A stretch of 64,000 bases of DNA from Amoebidium appalachense (taxonomy: Eukaryota > Protista > Ichthyosporea), in assembly GCA_963693365.1 (NCBI GenBank), contig CAVNZM010000001.1:15672418-15736417 (forward strand), given 5' to 3'. Each line of letters opens with the position of its first letter. The first letter of the stretch is position 1. Positions 1 through 11,976 of this stretch are shown piece by piece. A program made the translations under genes and the position numbers. The notes below the pieces were generated by a model that had not been told where the DNA came from, made no database searches, and was given only the letters and a program-made list of their open reading frames with translations.

Positions 1-841
1 AAATAGTAATAAAATATGAATTCAACAAAGAGCTTATTAACTGATTTAAGGTTTTCACTAAAAATTTGGGTCGTACGCGTAGGAAATGGTGGGTGGTGAT
101 GATCGATCAGCTGGTCTCACAATGGCCCACATATATCGAGAGATATCCGTAGAACTATCCCAGGAAGTTGTGAAATATTTCAATAAGAAAGGGAAAAAGT
201 GTTTTCCGAGACCATGCCGCGCCCCAGGTTTGAAAGTATAAGACTTCTGTTTTACATATCATATCGAAAAACCTGGAGCTCAACTCTAAATACTTTGTAA
301 CATATGGCATACATATGGGGATCGACATATCAGTCTCTGGTATAGCGTTTTGAATTTGTATATCCCCTCATTGTAATATCAGGTGCAAGATACGTCCGGA
401 TATTACTTGAATATCAACTTAAGGACAAATATGGTATTGTTGCACCCCCCTCCCCCCCAAACCCCAACCCCAACCGGTACCCTAACCCCACCGTTTTCCT
501 GTTCTTAAGGTTCCCGCGGGACTCTTGGTTTTTACTCGTACTGCCGTCGGACGCTCTTGTGTCTGTATGTGTGCGTGTGTGTACACGTGCACGGCACGTA
601 CACACGTGCACGTGCACGTGTGTTTATGTGTGGGTATGTACATGTATGTATGTGTGTGTGGGGGGGGGGGGGCACGGGGGGGGAGGGGGGGTGGACGGTC
701 CTGGGGGGGGGGGGGGGGGAGGGGGGGGGGAGGGGGGGGGGGGGAGGGTGGGGAGAGGGCAAATAGAATGATGGATGTACGTAAAGAATATGGGTATAGT
801 GGTGGTGGTTTATTTTTGTTAAGACTTTTTGGTTGTTGTAG

Positions 842-877
<36 letters not shown>

Positions 878-1406
878 CCCCCCCCCCCCCCCCGGGGGGG
901 GAGGGGAGGGGGGGCATAACATGTTTACGTTCAAAAAAATCAAATTTATAATGAGATTGGGAGTGGTTGTGGCCGTGTGGATGTATGGGGGATTTGTTAT
1001 TTACGTGTCGGTGATTTTAGCAGCTACTATTGTTGGAGGCAAGGGGTTAAGGGGTTTGCGGGATTCAGCAGGCGGGCGGGCGCGCAGAGTAGCAGAGGGA
1101 GGCGGGGAGGGGGGGAGGGGAGGGGGGGGGGGAGGAGAGGGAGGGGAGGGGTCAGGGGTCAAATGAATGGTTTCGACCTCCAAAGCCGTGAGGTGCCGTT
1201 GCGTGTGCAGAATTATCCCCCCGCAGATTAATCCCCCCCCCCCCCCCCCCCCCTCCCCCCCCCTCCCCCCCCCGGCTGCCGCCACCGCCACCACCACCAC
1301 GAGTGTGCAAGTGTGCGGGCGCGCGCACGTGTGTCTGTGGGTGTGCGTGGCTGGGCGTGTGTGTGTGTGGGGGGGTGAATGAGAATGTAAGCTGGTGTGC
1401 AAGTGT

Positions 1407-1454
<48 letters not shown>

Positions 1455-1983
1455 GTGCATACGTGCGTGTGTGCATTTGTGTTGAATGCGCTCGTGTGTG
1501 TGTTCGCCCGCTTATGTTGATGTATGTGTGTGCGTATGTGTGCAACTTGTGTGCGTGTGTGGTGTGTTTTTCTGTGCATCATTTCGTGTCTGAGTCAACT
1601 AAAGAAATATCGGAACCGTACTGCAAAATGTGTTCCAGATGCCATCTAGCTAACGTGATTTTTCGTTTTCAAATTTTAATGCAGTGCATCCATTGGCACC
1701 GCTATGGCCCCCGAACACAGTTCTTGGGCAGTGGGTACTATCCCACACAGTAATTTCAATCTATGTATCCATACGAGGTAAAATACGTGCTGTTAGATAT
1801 TTGCAAACCTACAAGGCCGCACTCAGAATTCTCTAAACGAAAGAAACAAGAAGACTATTGCTCAGATCAACCAATCGGAAACAACCATACTAATTTCATG
1901 GTGAAAAGCACAAGTAAGCTCTCACACACTATTCGAATCCCCTAACAAAATTCCAAATTTCGCTTGTCTACCCACTAGTATAT

Positions 1984-3804
1984 CTATGCAGCCTGGGTAG
2001 CAGGCGCAACCTGTGCCTGAGTGGTAGCAGGGGCCACTTCCACGGGCGTAGCAGCAGTAGCCTCCGTTTCCTGAACCTCAACCGGCGAAGTTGCGGGGAC
2101 AATGGGGGTCTCTTGGGGAGTAGCAGGGGTCTCCTCAGGTGCGGCGGCGGAAGTCTGAGGAGCCGCAACAACTTCGTTGGGGACAGCGGGGGTCGCAATC
2201 GCCGCAGGTTTGGTCTCAGATGCAACCACAACGGGGGTGGCAGGGGCCTCGGGGGCTGCCGCGACGGTCTGGGGGGCCACGACAGATTCTGCAGGTGGGG
2301 CAGCGGCGGCAGCGGTGGCGGGGGCAACCTCGGGAGCAACAACAGCCGGGGAGGTTGCGACGGGAGCGGGGGGAACCTCAGCAACAACCGGAGCCACTGG
2401 GGTGGGGATCTCCATAGAAGGGGTGGTGGCAGCGGGCTGCTGTGTGACCTGGTTGGCCAAGTTGCGCAGCATACCAGCAAGCATGTCGGCAGCAGCGGCA
2501 CCCTGCACGTTATCAATGTTGATGTTTGCACCCTCGCCGATATGGTCCACCTCGTCGGCAACGGCGGCAATGTTAGCAGCAATGAGCGTGGTGTCAACGT
2601 TCACGGGCGTGGTGTCGTTGTTTGCACTGTTCACATCCACAACACCGGCAGAGACCTGGGGTACGGCCGTAGCTGTGATGGCCGCGCCGACGGTTTCGGG
2701 CTGCTCGACCTGAACGGGGACGGGGGCGGGCTTGGGCTCCTCCTTAGCAACGGTGGGCGTGGGCTTGCGTGCGGGGGTGGTGGTGGTGGGGGCAGGGGGA
2801 GCAGGGGGGAAGCTTGGAAGGGATGCACATGCCCTTGTCGGAGGGACCAGTCACACGGCAGTCGTTGGCGCAACGCACGAGCTGCCAGCGAGCGTCAAGA
2901 CGGCACCCGGCCTTGATACATTTGTCCATATCACCACCACAGTTCCAATCCTCGGCAGTGCCGCCCAGCTGACGAGCGCAGTCCTGTTCGTTGGCGCAAG
3001 GGACGTAGCGGGGGTCGGGGTACTTGAACACGCAGGCACCCTGCTTGGTGATCTTGATCTCCGGGTGGAGGCACTTTGCAACCTCAAACAGACACTCGTT
3101 GCTGTACGTCTTGCCGTTGCTGGCGCACACGGGGTCATTCTCCTTAGGGCATGCCTTGGCGCATTTGTCCGTGGGGGTGGGCTTGGGGGTAACCACTGTC
3201 TTGCTGGGTGCGGGCTTGGGCTCCGGCTTAGGCTCAGGCTTGGGCTGAGGCTTGGTCTCGGGCTTGGGTTCGGGGGTGGTTTCGGCGGTGGGTTCGGGCT
3301 GGGCCTGAACGGTGGGGGTGGTGGGGGTAGCAGGAACAACGGGAAGGGGGGCGGAGCCACAGTCACCCTGGTTGACGAGTGTGATGGAGCTGGCACTGCG
3401 AGCAACAGAGCTGCAGCTGGCAACGTTCAGAGCACATTCGTTGGGGTACCTGTGGGGGAATGAATGTGTGAGATGCTTTCGGCGAGATGAAATGGGGGTT
3501 GCATTTCTCGTCCTTTCTGATGGAATAAATCTCGTGTAGTTTAACTACAAGCCAAAAGTATAATATATTGAAGTGTGTATTTGCAAGCTAGCTGAGCACT
3601 GCTGTCGGGCCAGAAAACAAAAAAATAAACAAAATAAAAAGAGAGAGAGGACAATGAAAGAGAGTTGAAGAATACTTACGTGAAATTGTCGCTGCCGCAG
3701 ACAGGTGCATACTCGGAGCCACAGTTGTTGGGGCAGGGTGTCTGGGCGAGCACGGCGCTGGCGGCGCCCAGCATAAGACAAGGGGCGGACAGGCGGCGAA
3801 TCAT
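1984..3804 (-). CDS. Secreted protein with two Kazal-type protease-inhibitor domains, a Cys-rich module and a long Pro/Thr/Ala/Glu-rich mucin-like tail (~529 aa, 2 exons, one apparent +1 frameshift)
   Basis: Exon 1 3804-3680 encodes a signal peptide MIRRLSAPCLMLGAASAVLA, then QTPCPNNCGSEYAPVCGSDNFT, and ends at a GTAAGT donor. Exon 2 3449-1984 follows a CCCCCACAG acceptor and reads YPNECALNVASC...QGDC (Kazal 1) and CAKACPKENDPVCASNGKTYSNECLFEVAKC...QGAC (Kazal 2). Removing one G from the G6 run at 2804-2809 joins ORF 2744..3196 to ORF 1984..2640. Confidence 0.85.
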
Positions 3805-3899
3805 TTTCCTAATCTGCAATTACAAGTGTGTAATACAATAGTGTGTGTTTTTGTTCTATTCTGAACTTGACGTTGCAGACTGATCGACGTGGATGGTTG

Positions 3900-4080
3900 T
3901 GAAGGTTTATATAGGCGTGGCTCAGATCGAGAAAGCCGCGCAAAGACAAATATGGCTAAGCGAGGTTTAGGAATGTTGATAGGGTGCATTTGATTGGGCT
4001 CTCGGGCTTCTTACGCCCCATATATGGTGTGCAATAAACGTGCAAAGTGGTTGTGATTGGTCAAAGATTCTGATTGGTTG
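3900..4080 (-). promoter_or_regulatory. Putative core promoter of the Kazal gene (TATA box and three CCAAT boxes)
   Basis: On the minus strand there is TATATAAA at ~3906-3913 and CCAAT(C) at ~3992, ~4056 and ~4072, about 100-270 bp upstream of the ATG at 3804. Confidence 0.5.
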
Positions 4081-5220
4081 ACCGAACCCTGCTGGGGCAA
4101 ATCTGGATTGAACGCCCGCTGCGGCTGAGCCTTCTGTTCACGAGAGTTTGTCGTGAAAACCCTAAACAAAAAATACAGCACATACAGGGTATAAAAATGC
4201 TACCTATAAAAAGCCCTATGAATTAATATTATGATAAGTCGTACAATGTGCCATCGCATTCCTCCGCATAATGCTTCGTGGAGCCGTCCTGCAGTGGATC
4301 GATTGGCCAGGGTGTGAAATTTGTGTTTCAGGTCTGTGTTTCTCTACGCTTGCTGCTCTAATGGCTATTGTTACTGTAGGACCACAGGGGGTAGTTTCTT
4401 GTGTATAATAAGTCGTTGCTAAGACCACTGGCTGAAAAAATAAATGGACCCAACCATACAGATTTTTTTTCCCGGATTTGAGGGGGTTTTTTGGGCCAGC
4501 TAGCCTGGATCAAGTGGTTCGGCCGCGGCGCCAGGCCCGGAGCTCGAGCTCTAGATCATGTGCATATTAATACGCAAACTGTACAGCACTGATCCGACCT
4601 GAATCGATAAATGCTCCAACCAGAGTACTGTATGACGTCATCATATAAAAACGCCTGGCGCAGGGTCAGTTTTGCACGTGTTACTCTCTTTTTCTCACCA
4701 TTTTACCCTAACGTGACAGGGAACAAGCACATCACAAAAAAACCGTAGAAAAATTCTTGGCGGGGTAGTGGCTTAGTAAGTAATGGTAGGCATTCAACGA
4801 TTTTGAGCTTCAATTTACGGAGAACTTTGTAGTGTTTGCGCACCCCATGACTACAATAATTTCTCGGAATGCTTGTTGGTATGGCTTATTTTGCACTTTA
4901 CGGGTTCTGGCACCGGGAGGCCATAGGCCTGAGCCAAGAAAAACGTCAAACTTGTTACAAATGCGTGCCAAAGATGCATACTTTAAACGTTCACGTTGTT
5001 GCTTTTGCACCACAGGTGCATTTTTTCGTTTGAGAAACATTGACATCAGCTTTCAAATTCGTTTTTTTCGGTACACACACTTCAAATAACCCTTTTAGCA
5101 TCTAGTTACCACAAACAGTTTCGAAGAAACGAATAAAAACCAAACAAATCACCCCTAATCCGAAAACGACAAATGAGTGTTGCGCAATGTACAGAAACTG
5201 ACCAGTGGGCAGAAGGTACT

Positions 5221-7255
5221 TTAACGTGTAGTGTTTCTGCGTGATCGTACCGGGCCTGTGTTTGTGTTGACTTGGGTGCGTGTGCGTGGAGGAACACCAT
5301 GTGTGATGTGGTTTTCGAAGCATGCACGTGTTTGATCATTGCAGAGAAACACATTACACTTGATGCAGTAGGTATGTGTCTGGTGGCGTTCCCCTTTGTT
5401 CCTAAAGCAGAGAACGCATCTACCTTTTCTTTCTTTTCTGGCACGCTGGTGTCCGTGTAGAGCATGGGGGGCAGGAGCAGCAGGGGGAAGGGGGTATTCT
5501 AGTGCAGGCAGGTGGGGGTTGCATATGAGTGCTTCTGCTAGCTCACGCCTTGTGTCCATGCTCGTGTTTGTGGATTTGCCAAAGTATCTGTATGCAAAGT
5601 GTACGTTTGCTACTACAAACCCCAGAAGCCCCCCAAAGGTGCGGAGTTGGTGACGTTTAGTGCCCAAGGCTTCGTCCACAGAGCCGTTTAACATTCGTGT
5701 TTTGTTGAATATATCGGCCATGTTGTAGTTTTCGAAGTATTCTTCGACTGCTTTCGGTTGGGGGACGTCATTTCCGTTTCGTGATTTTTCTCGGTTGACC
5801 CGGCTGAGTACTTGAACATGAGGTGATCACTTTCATACTGTAGTTCTTGTTTCTCCATAACACCGCAACGAGGTCTACTCCGTCCACACTGCACACTGCC
5901 TCCGACCATACACCACGTCCTTCCTCACATAGAAGGTCCAACATGTTGAGGGGAAAGTCTCTGGTTGCGGTTTTGACATTGAAAAGTGCGTAGAATCCGA
6001 TTTTGTACACTTCCCTTGTCCCGGTTACTGACCCAAACCAGCTGTCTCCGACGATCGTTCTGGGGTTACGGTGGGTGGGGTTGGCCCTTGGGGTTAGAAG
6101 ACGCAAGGTGGTGCCTGTTCCAGCTCCCAACTGTCGGTACGGTTTGCTTGCCATCCTAAGCTTCCCCTCGTTCATTTCGAAGTTAATGAGTATGTTGGTT
6201 ACACAGTCGTGTAGAGTTTTTATTTCTTGACCGAGAGGGTGGGGTTTTCGTTTTATATAGATTTGGCACGGAAGGTTGCAATGATAGCTGGCAAAGATGG
6301 CCTCGTCTTCGCATAATTCATCCCCGGGCTCGATAGAGCAACGGCACCGACTCTGCAGTGCTTCCATGAAACCGCGTGTGTCTTTCAGTGGATCATCCTC
6401 CGGATATTGAGTGATGTCGGTGACGGTAAAGCAGGCACGGATGTTTTCGAACCGGTGTTCGGTCATGAAGCGGGCAAAGTCGTGTACGGGAAATATGTGG
6501 CTTGGGTTCTCTGCTGCCGACGTCCAGTAGTTCGATCTCGAGCCGGGTTCGAATGTTCCAGCCATGTAAATCCACATACCCAACCACCTAAGTAGCTCAC
6601 CCGGGGTTAAGTCAACCCAATTTTTGTAACGTGCACGACCTACTTCGTTTGTGAGTGGAATGACTGCTGTGAAGAGATACTCCATAGGCATGAAGTGTTC
6701 AAACAAACACAGAACACTCTTGCGCTTGTTTAGTGCTAGTGGAATGGTTGGTTTTCTGCGTGGGCCTGTTCTTTTGTCAAGTACTTGCTCATCTGGAATG
6801 GTCCATTGCAAGGTGCACGTGGGGTCGGTGGGGGTAGGTAACTCTACTTGTTCATCTACAAGTTCTATCTCATCTTCATTCTCACTGTCTGTGACAGGAA
6901 TCTCTACTTGTTGGATGTCTCCATCTGGATCTTCGTCACTATCACTCTCTAGCTCGCTACTTGTGTGTTCACTGTCTTCTTCATCTATTAAAGTTAGCTG
7001 ATGGCGCAGAACTACTTCTGTGGTACCGTCAAAATCAAACTTTACTTTCCATTCACTGCCTTCGTTTGTCTTGCATCGTTTCACTACTGTGCCAACCAGT
7101 ATTTGTGTGTCCCAACTCAGGCCGAACTTCTTGTAAGACCAACGTGTGGTGTCATCTGTGAAATCTTCCCCCTGAACCCCGTCAAATATGTATGCAAAAC
7201 AACAGACACGAGCTCCAGAATAAAGTGACTCTATTGGGTCTAATGTTTTGGCCAT
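5221..7255 (-). mobile_element. piggyBac-superfamily (PGBD/DDE_Tnp_1_7-type) transposase, ~677 aa after correcting one +1 frameshift
   Basis: Intronless ORF with piggyBac motifs: LFEHF..., ELLRWLGMWIYM, RFENIR, and a catalytic DDD triad in EDEAIF / GDSWFGS / NMADIFN, plus YIKRKPHPLG. The C-terminal Cys-rich domain reads CVLC...THTYCIKCNVFLC...CFENH. ORF 5768..7255 joins ORF 5221..5721 if one base is removed from the T5 run at 5785-5789. I could not identify TIRs or a TTAA target duplication. Confidence 0.9.
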
Positions 7256-7762
7256 GTTGGGCGCTCATCTTTCACATGAAACCCATGGCTTGTTGTGTTC
7301 GCGGACTCAGCAAGTTTCGTCCGTTTGATCATGAATCATGTTGTTGTCGAGCATGAATTCAAAAACTTGCAACAGCGTCGGCAACCAATAAAAGCTAGGG
7401 AAGGCCTTGTTAGTTACCGTACCAAAGACAAAAAAGGTGTAAACTTATGTTTTCTTACTGGCTGTACAAAAAAAAGCGGGCTCCTGGGCCCCAATAGCTC
7501 GCGGTATCCTTCCGAAACAAGCATTCCTAAAGTACTGCGGTCAGAGTACTTATGGCCGCTAAGTTCTCCGATCAGAGTACATTTCGGATGCATCAGTACG
7601 TAGGGGGATCTAACATCATTAGTGCCATGGTGCTAGACAGGATGGCCCCGAGAAAGGCTTATTGTGCACAACAGCAGTATTTATGCTAAGTAATAGTTGG
7701 CAAGCACACTTTTGAGGGTAATTGGGTAGCTACGTGGCCACTGTATACACCACACGGCCAGG

Positions 7763-7812
<50 letters not shown>

Positions 7813-7951
7813 CGGAATGGGATGCGGCCTGCCGGCGAGATATTTCGGATGCGGGAAACTTGTGACCTGAAGCACTGGTCGGCATCATGGCCCCCCCCGG
7901 CCGCGGAGGTTGGGGAGGAGGGGGTTTGGGGGAGGGGGAGTGTGAAGGAAA

Positions 7952-7996
<45 letters not shown>

Positions 7997-8679
7997 TGAT
8001 ACAGGTATTTTTTTTTTCTTTTGACTGGTAAATTCAAGGTGATATGATATGTTCAATTTATGTCCTGATCTCTACAGGTCATCCAGAGGCAGTTTGTTGT
8101 TCACTAAGGGAATGAATAGCAAAATCATTTTTAAGCATTATGTATAACGTGTCCCATCATCTTCATATTAACACAACAGTGACTTCTACTCGGATACCCC
8201 CCCCCCCCCCCCCCCCCCCCCCCCCGCCCTCCCTGCCTCCCATACCACCCTTTAACTCCTCCGCCCTCTTCCCCCCCCCCTCCCCCCCCCCCTCTTCTCC
8301 CCTTGTCCTGTTTAGTTAGCTTTCGAAATCCTATTTCATATGGGGTATAGTGTGATATAGAATGTGTTCTACTGGAGGTGCACGACTTGTGATTCAACAT
8401 GTATGTGATTAATTCAAGCCCTGAATCCCCCCTCCCCCCCCCCCCCCCCCCCTCTCCCTTAGACTGACTCCAACTCGGCCTCCCCGACAACCTTTCCACT
8501 CACCAGGTTCTTTCATTTGATTAATCGACATCTCCAATATATATAATACTGTATCCCTCGACGTGCCAATGTGCTAGTACTGCATGTATCTGGGCTTAGG
8601 TTTACCACACCTTGCTACAGCCACCCCCCCCCCCCCCCCCCCCTCCCCCCCTCTCGGACCCCCTCCCTAGCCCAAGTCA

Positions 8680-8882
8680 AATGCTCTCTCTCTCTCTTCC
8701 TCCCGCCCTTCCCCTCTCTCTTTCCCCCTCCTTCTCCCTCCCCCTCCCCGCCTCACGCCCCCCCCCTCCCCCCCCCCCCCCCCCCCCCCCCGGCCCTCTC
8801 TTTTCTCTTTCTTTCTCTCTCCCTCGCTCCTTCCCTCCCTCTCTCCCTCTCTCCCTCTCTCCCTCTCTCCCTCTCCCTCTCT

Positions 8883-8980
<98 letters not shown>

Positions 8981-9024
8981 CCCCCCCCCCTCTCTCCTGC
9001 TCTCTCTCTCTCTCTCTCTCTCCC

Positions 9025-9080
<56 letters not shown>
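8680..9080. repeat. (CT)n microsatellite / polypyrimidine tract mixed with poly-C
   Basis: Directly visible long ctctct runs. Confidence 0.95.
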
Positions 9081-9082
<2 letters not shown>

Positions 9083-9880
9083 TACGACGCCTCTCTGCCT
9101 ACATCTCTCTCTCGGAGCTCTCTCTCTCCTCCCCCTCCCCCCTCCCTCCCCCAGCCCCCAACCACCCCTGAAACGCTAGCTAGGCAGTGTTATTATTCAG
9201 TAATCACTGGTGTTGCTTTGCCAAGTCGAATAACAACCAAGCCGATTCCGTGCCCCCCCCCCCCCCCCCCCCCCCCTCCACACATATCCCTCACTCCCTC
9301 CCCCTCTCCCCCTCAAGCTCCTGGCCTTGAAATCCATTAATACCCCTCCTCCTTCAGCCTCTGCTTTCATTACCTGATTGATTTAGTACCAGATATCGTT
9401 ATTAGGGCTCGTACCGATGTCATAGTGATCGTATTCTAAATTGATTGTTCAGAAATGATAGGCAGACAAAGCCCTAACACAGAAACGACTGTGTGTATGA
9501 ACAGTTACTGTGTTTGTGTGCGTGTGTGCGTGATCGCGCGCATGCGCCAAAGTATAGAGCAGGGGGGAAGGCAGAGGAGAGGAAGGAAAGACGGGGGGTG
9601 GAGGGGGCAAGAGGGGAGGAGGTGAGGGGGGAGAGGCGAAGGGGGTGGGAGGAGGAAGGGGGGGGAAGTGGGGAGGGGGCGGGGAGAGAAGAGGAGGGGA
9701 TGAGGGAGGAGAGGGAGGAGGGAAAGAGGGGCGGAGACAGGGGGAAGGGGGGGGGGGTTGGGGTGGGGAGGGTGGGGAGAATGGGGAATTTGAGGAGACG
9801 GGGGAAAAGAGAAGGGGAAGGGGAGGGGGGAGTGAGGAGGGAGAAGAGGGCGGGGCGAAGGAGGGGATGGTGGGGGGTGT

Positions 9881-9915
<35 letters not shown>

Positions 9916-9916
9916 A

Positions 9917-9958
<42 letters not shown>

Positions 9959-10290
9959 AACCGGTCTATTGGTAATGCTTGTGCGCAGCAGGGGGTAAAA
10001 CTATGTTGCCGGATAGTTTTGTAAAGTTAAAGCGTAACCTCCCCCACACGGCACATGCCCCCATCCGTCTTCCCACCGGATTCCCCACCTTCCCCCTTCT
10101 GCCCCTTCCCCCTTCTTGCTCTATGCTCACAAGCAAAAACAAACGTGCACACGTTCATGCCATTACACAGACATCGGGGTGTTTTTTTTTCCAGTTTCAT
10201 GATGTGCATACTCGTGTGCCGTCACAGATAGGACGAGCAGCAGCACGCACTACGTGCAGAACACACACCGAATATTGGCGCACTGGTGGC

Positions 10291-10382
10291 TTAGGCGTGG
10301 TGCATAAAGCACCTGTCTGCCAACACATTTTTAATAAAAAAACAACAGTTTATCATGTGGGTAGCTCAAATTTTACTCCCCC

Positions 10383-10415
<33 letters not shown>

Positions 10416-11246
10416 AAACATACACACACCCTCTTCTTCGATCCCCTTTCTTCATCCAAGAACCCCCCCCCCCCCCGTCTCCCCCCTCCCCCCCCCCCCC
10501 CTCCCTCCGATATTATCTCCCCGTCCCCTTTCTTCTTCTTCCGCTTCCAGTAAGACTCCGCTTACCACAAATTTTCGGTTCTTTTTTCACCTCACCTTCC
10601 TTCCTTCCTTCCTTCCTTACTGATCCATGAAACCTAAACACTTCACCCGAAAAAAAACCATCGCACAGATATCGATAGAGTCTGACACACTCTTTTAGCT
10701 GATCAAGTTACTCACTGTCAACATCTTTTCAGCCACTCCTTTTTGCACAGTTAGTCAACAAACACTCATTTGCTGTATCATTCATTGATTATTGCATCAG
10801 ATGCACTGCATCTGACAAAAAAAAAGAAACCTCCAAAAATCCACCCCACCCGCACATTGCTACAGAGGCGGGCCAAAATACGAACATCAAAGTGCACAAT
10901 CATTAAATCATCACCAAACATTAAATGCCGGTAGAGTGAGGTTTTGAAGTGCTTTCAAACATACGAAATAATCTGACAGTAACTAAAGTAAAATAGGTAA
11001 GCAAGCTTTGTGGTGACACAGTACAAAATTGCAACATAACCTATTAAACAATCAAAAAAGTCATGACAGCGCCTGAAAAAAGATTCTTGAAGCACATTAT
11101 GCTTCCTGCGGAAACACATGTGCAGTTGCCCTCATCCTAAAACTTATGGCTGCAAGACCGCAAGCTGGCAATTCTACGATATGAAGATCGATTGTTGCCC
11201 TTCAAAAAAAAAAAAAAAAAAAAAAAAAAAGGAAAAGGCTGCTGCG

Positions 11247-11288
<42 letters not shown>

Positions 11289-11976
11289 GTGACAACACAC
11301 GTGCTGTGTGTGTGTGTACGTATGTGTGGGTGGGTGGTTGGGTTGGGTTGGGAGGAGGGGGGGGGGGGGGAGGGGGGAGGAGGAGGGGGGGGGGGGGGGG
11401 GGGGGGAGAGGGGAATGTATAAAAGCCCTAATAAGGCCTTTCTAACGCAAACATAACCTTTGCAAACCCCTTCTGTTCTTTTAAAACTCTTACGAATGCA
11501 TCAGGAAAACACCAAACATTGCAACTTTTTCCGAGTACAGTCTACATAATTTCTACACCGCAGACATCTCACCCCATCGACGCCATGTTGAGTTGATGCA
11601 ACAGACGCACAGCACTCCGCGGCCGCGTCACGAGACTCTCCTTGCTCGCGTCGTGGCCCAGGCACAACACATCCTCCCCGTCGCACACGTGCGCGTCACA
11701 CAACACGTTGTGGCACGCACACAGCCGCGATGCAATCCCGTCAATGTCACGCTCGAGCTCCTTGAAGGTGTGTGCTGTAACTGTAGGGGGGAGGGTGGTG
11801 ATAGTGTGTCTCAAATGGTCGTCTTGGTAGCCATGGGGTGGGAGGGTGTGGCCGTGCCCAGGAAAAACCCCCGTGGAGTAAAGTCTGGAGGGGAGGCGGA
11901 GGAGAATCGGTGCGGCCGCCCCACGAATGGCAGATGACAGAACGGGGTTGATGGTTCTCAGAGGAACGAGAAACAT
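10291..11976 (-). CDS. Hypothetical small protein with a mitochondrial-targeting-like N-terminus
   Basis: ATG at 11976 opens MFLVPLRTINPVLSSAIRGAAAPILLRLPSRLYST (Arg/Ser/Leu-rich, no acidic residues), followed by a non-repetitive His/Cys-containing sequence. It either stops at 11569 or splices at a GTGAGA donor (exon end 11573) to a 22-nt last exon at 10312-10291 (..GCFMHHA*). The last exon is speculative. Confidence 0.5.

Noticed and set aside
2113-3463. Long plus-strand ORFs (2113..2916, 2177..2713, 2732..3463)
   Set aside because: They are antisense shadows of the GC-rich Kazal/mucin gene, which has the recognisable domains and splice sites.
4810-5089. Short ORFs downstream of the transposase
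   Set aside because: They have no motifs and overlap on both strands, so they are probably the element's 3' non-coding region.
4560-7610. Candidate piggyBac TIRs (CCCTAACGT at ~4706 versus ACGTAGGG at ~7598-7605) and recurring CAGAGTAC motifs at ~4621, ~7542 and ~7573
   Set aside because: The match is too short and imperfect and no flanking TTAA duplication exists, so the element boundaries are left undefined.
7760-9960. G-quadruplex or triplex potential of the poly-G and GA tracts
   Set aside because: Such tracts are ubiquitous across the window and their lengths are unreliable, so there is no locus-specific signal.
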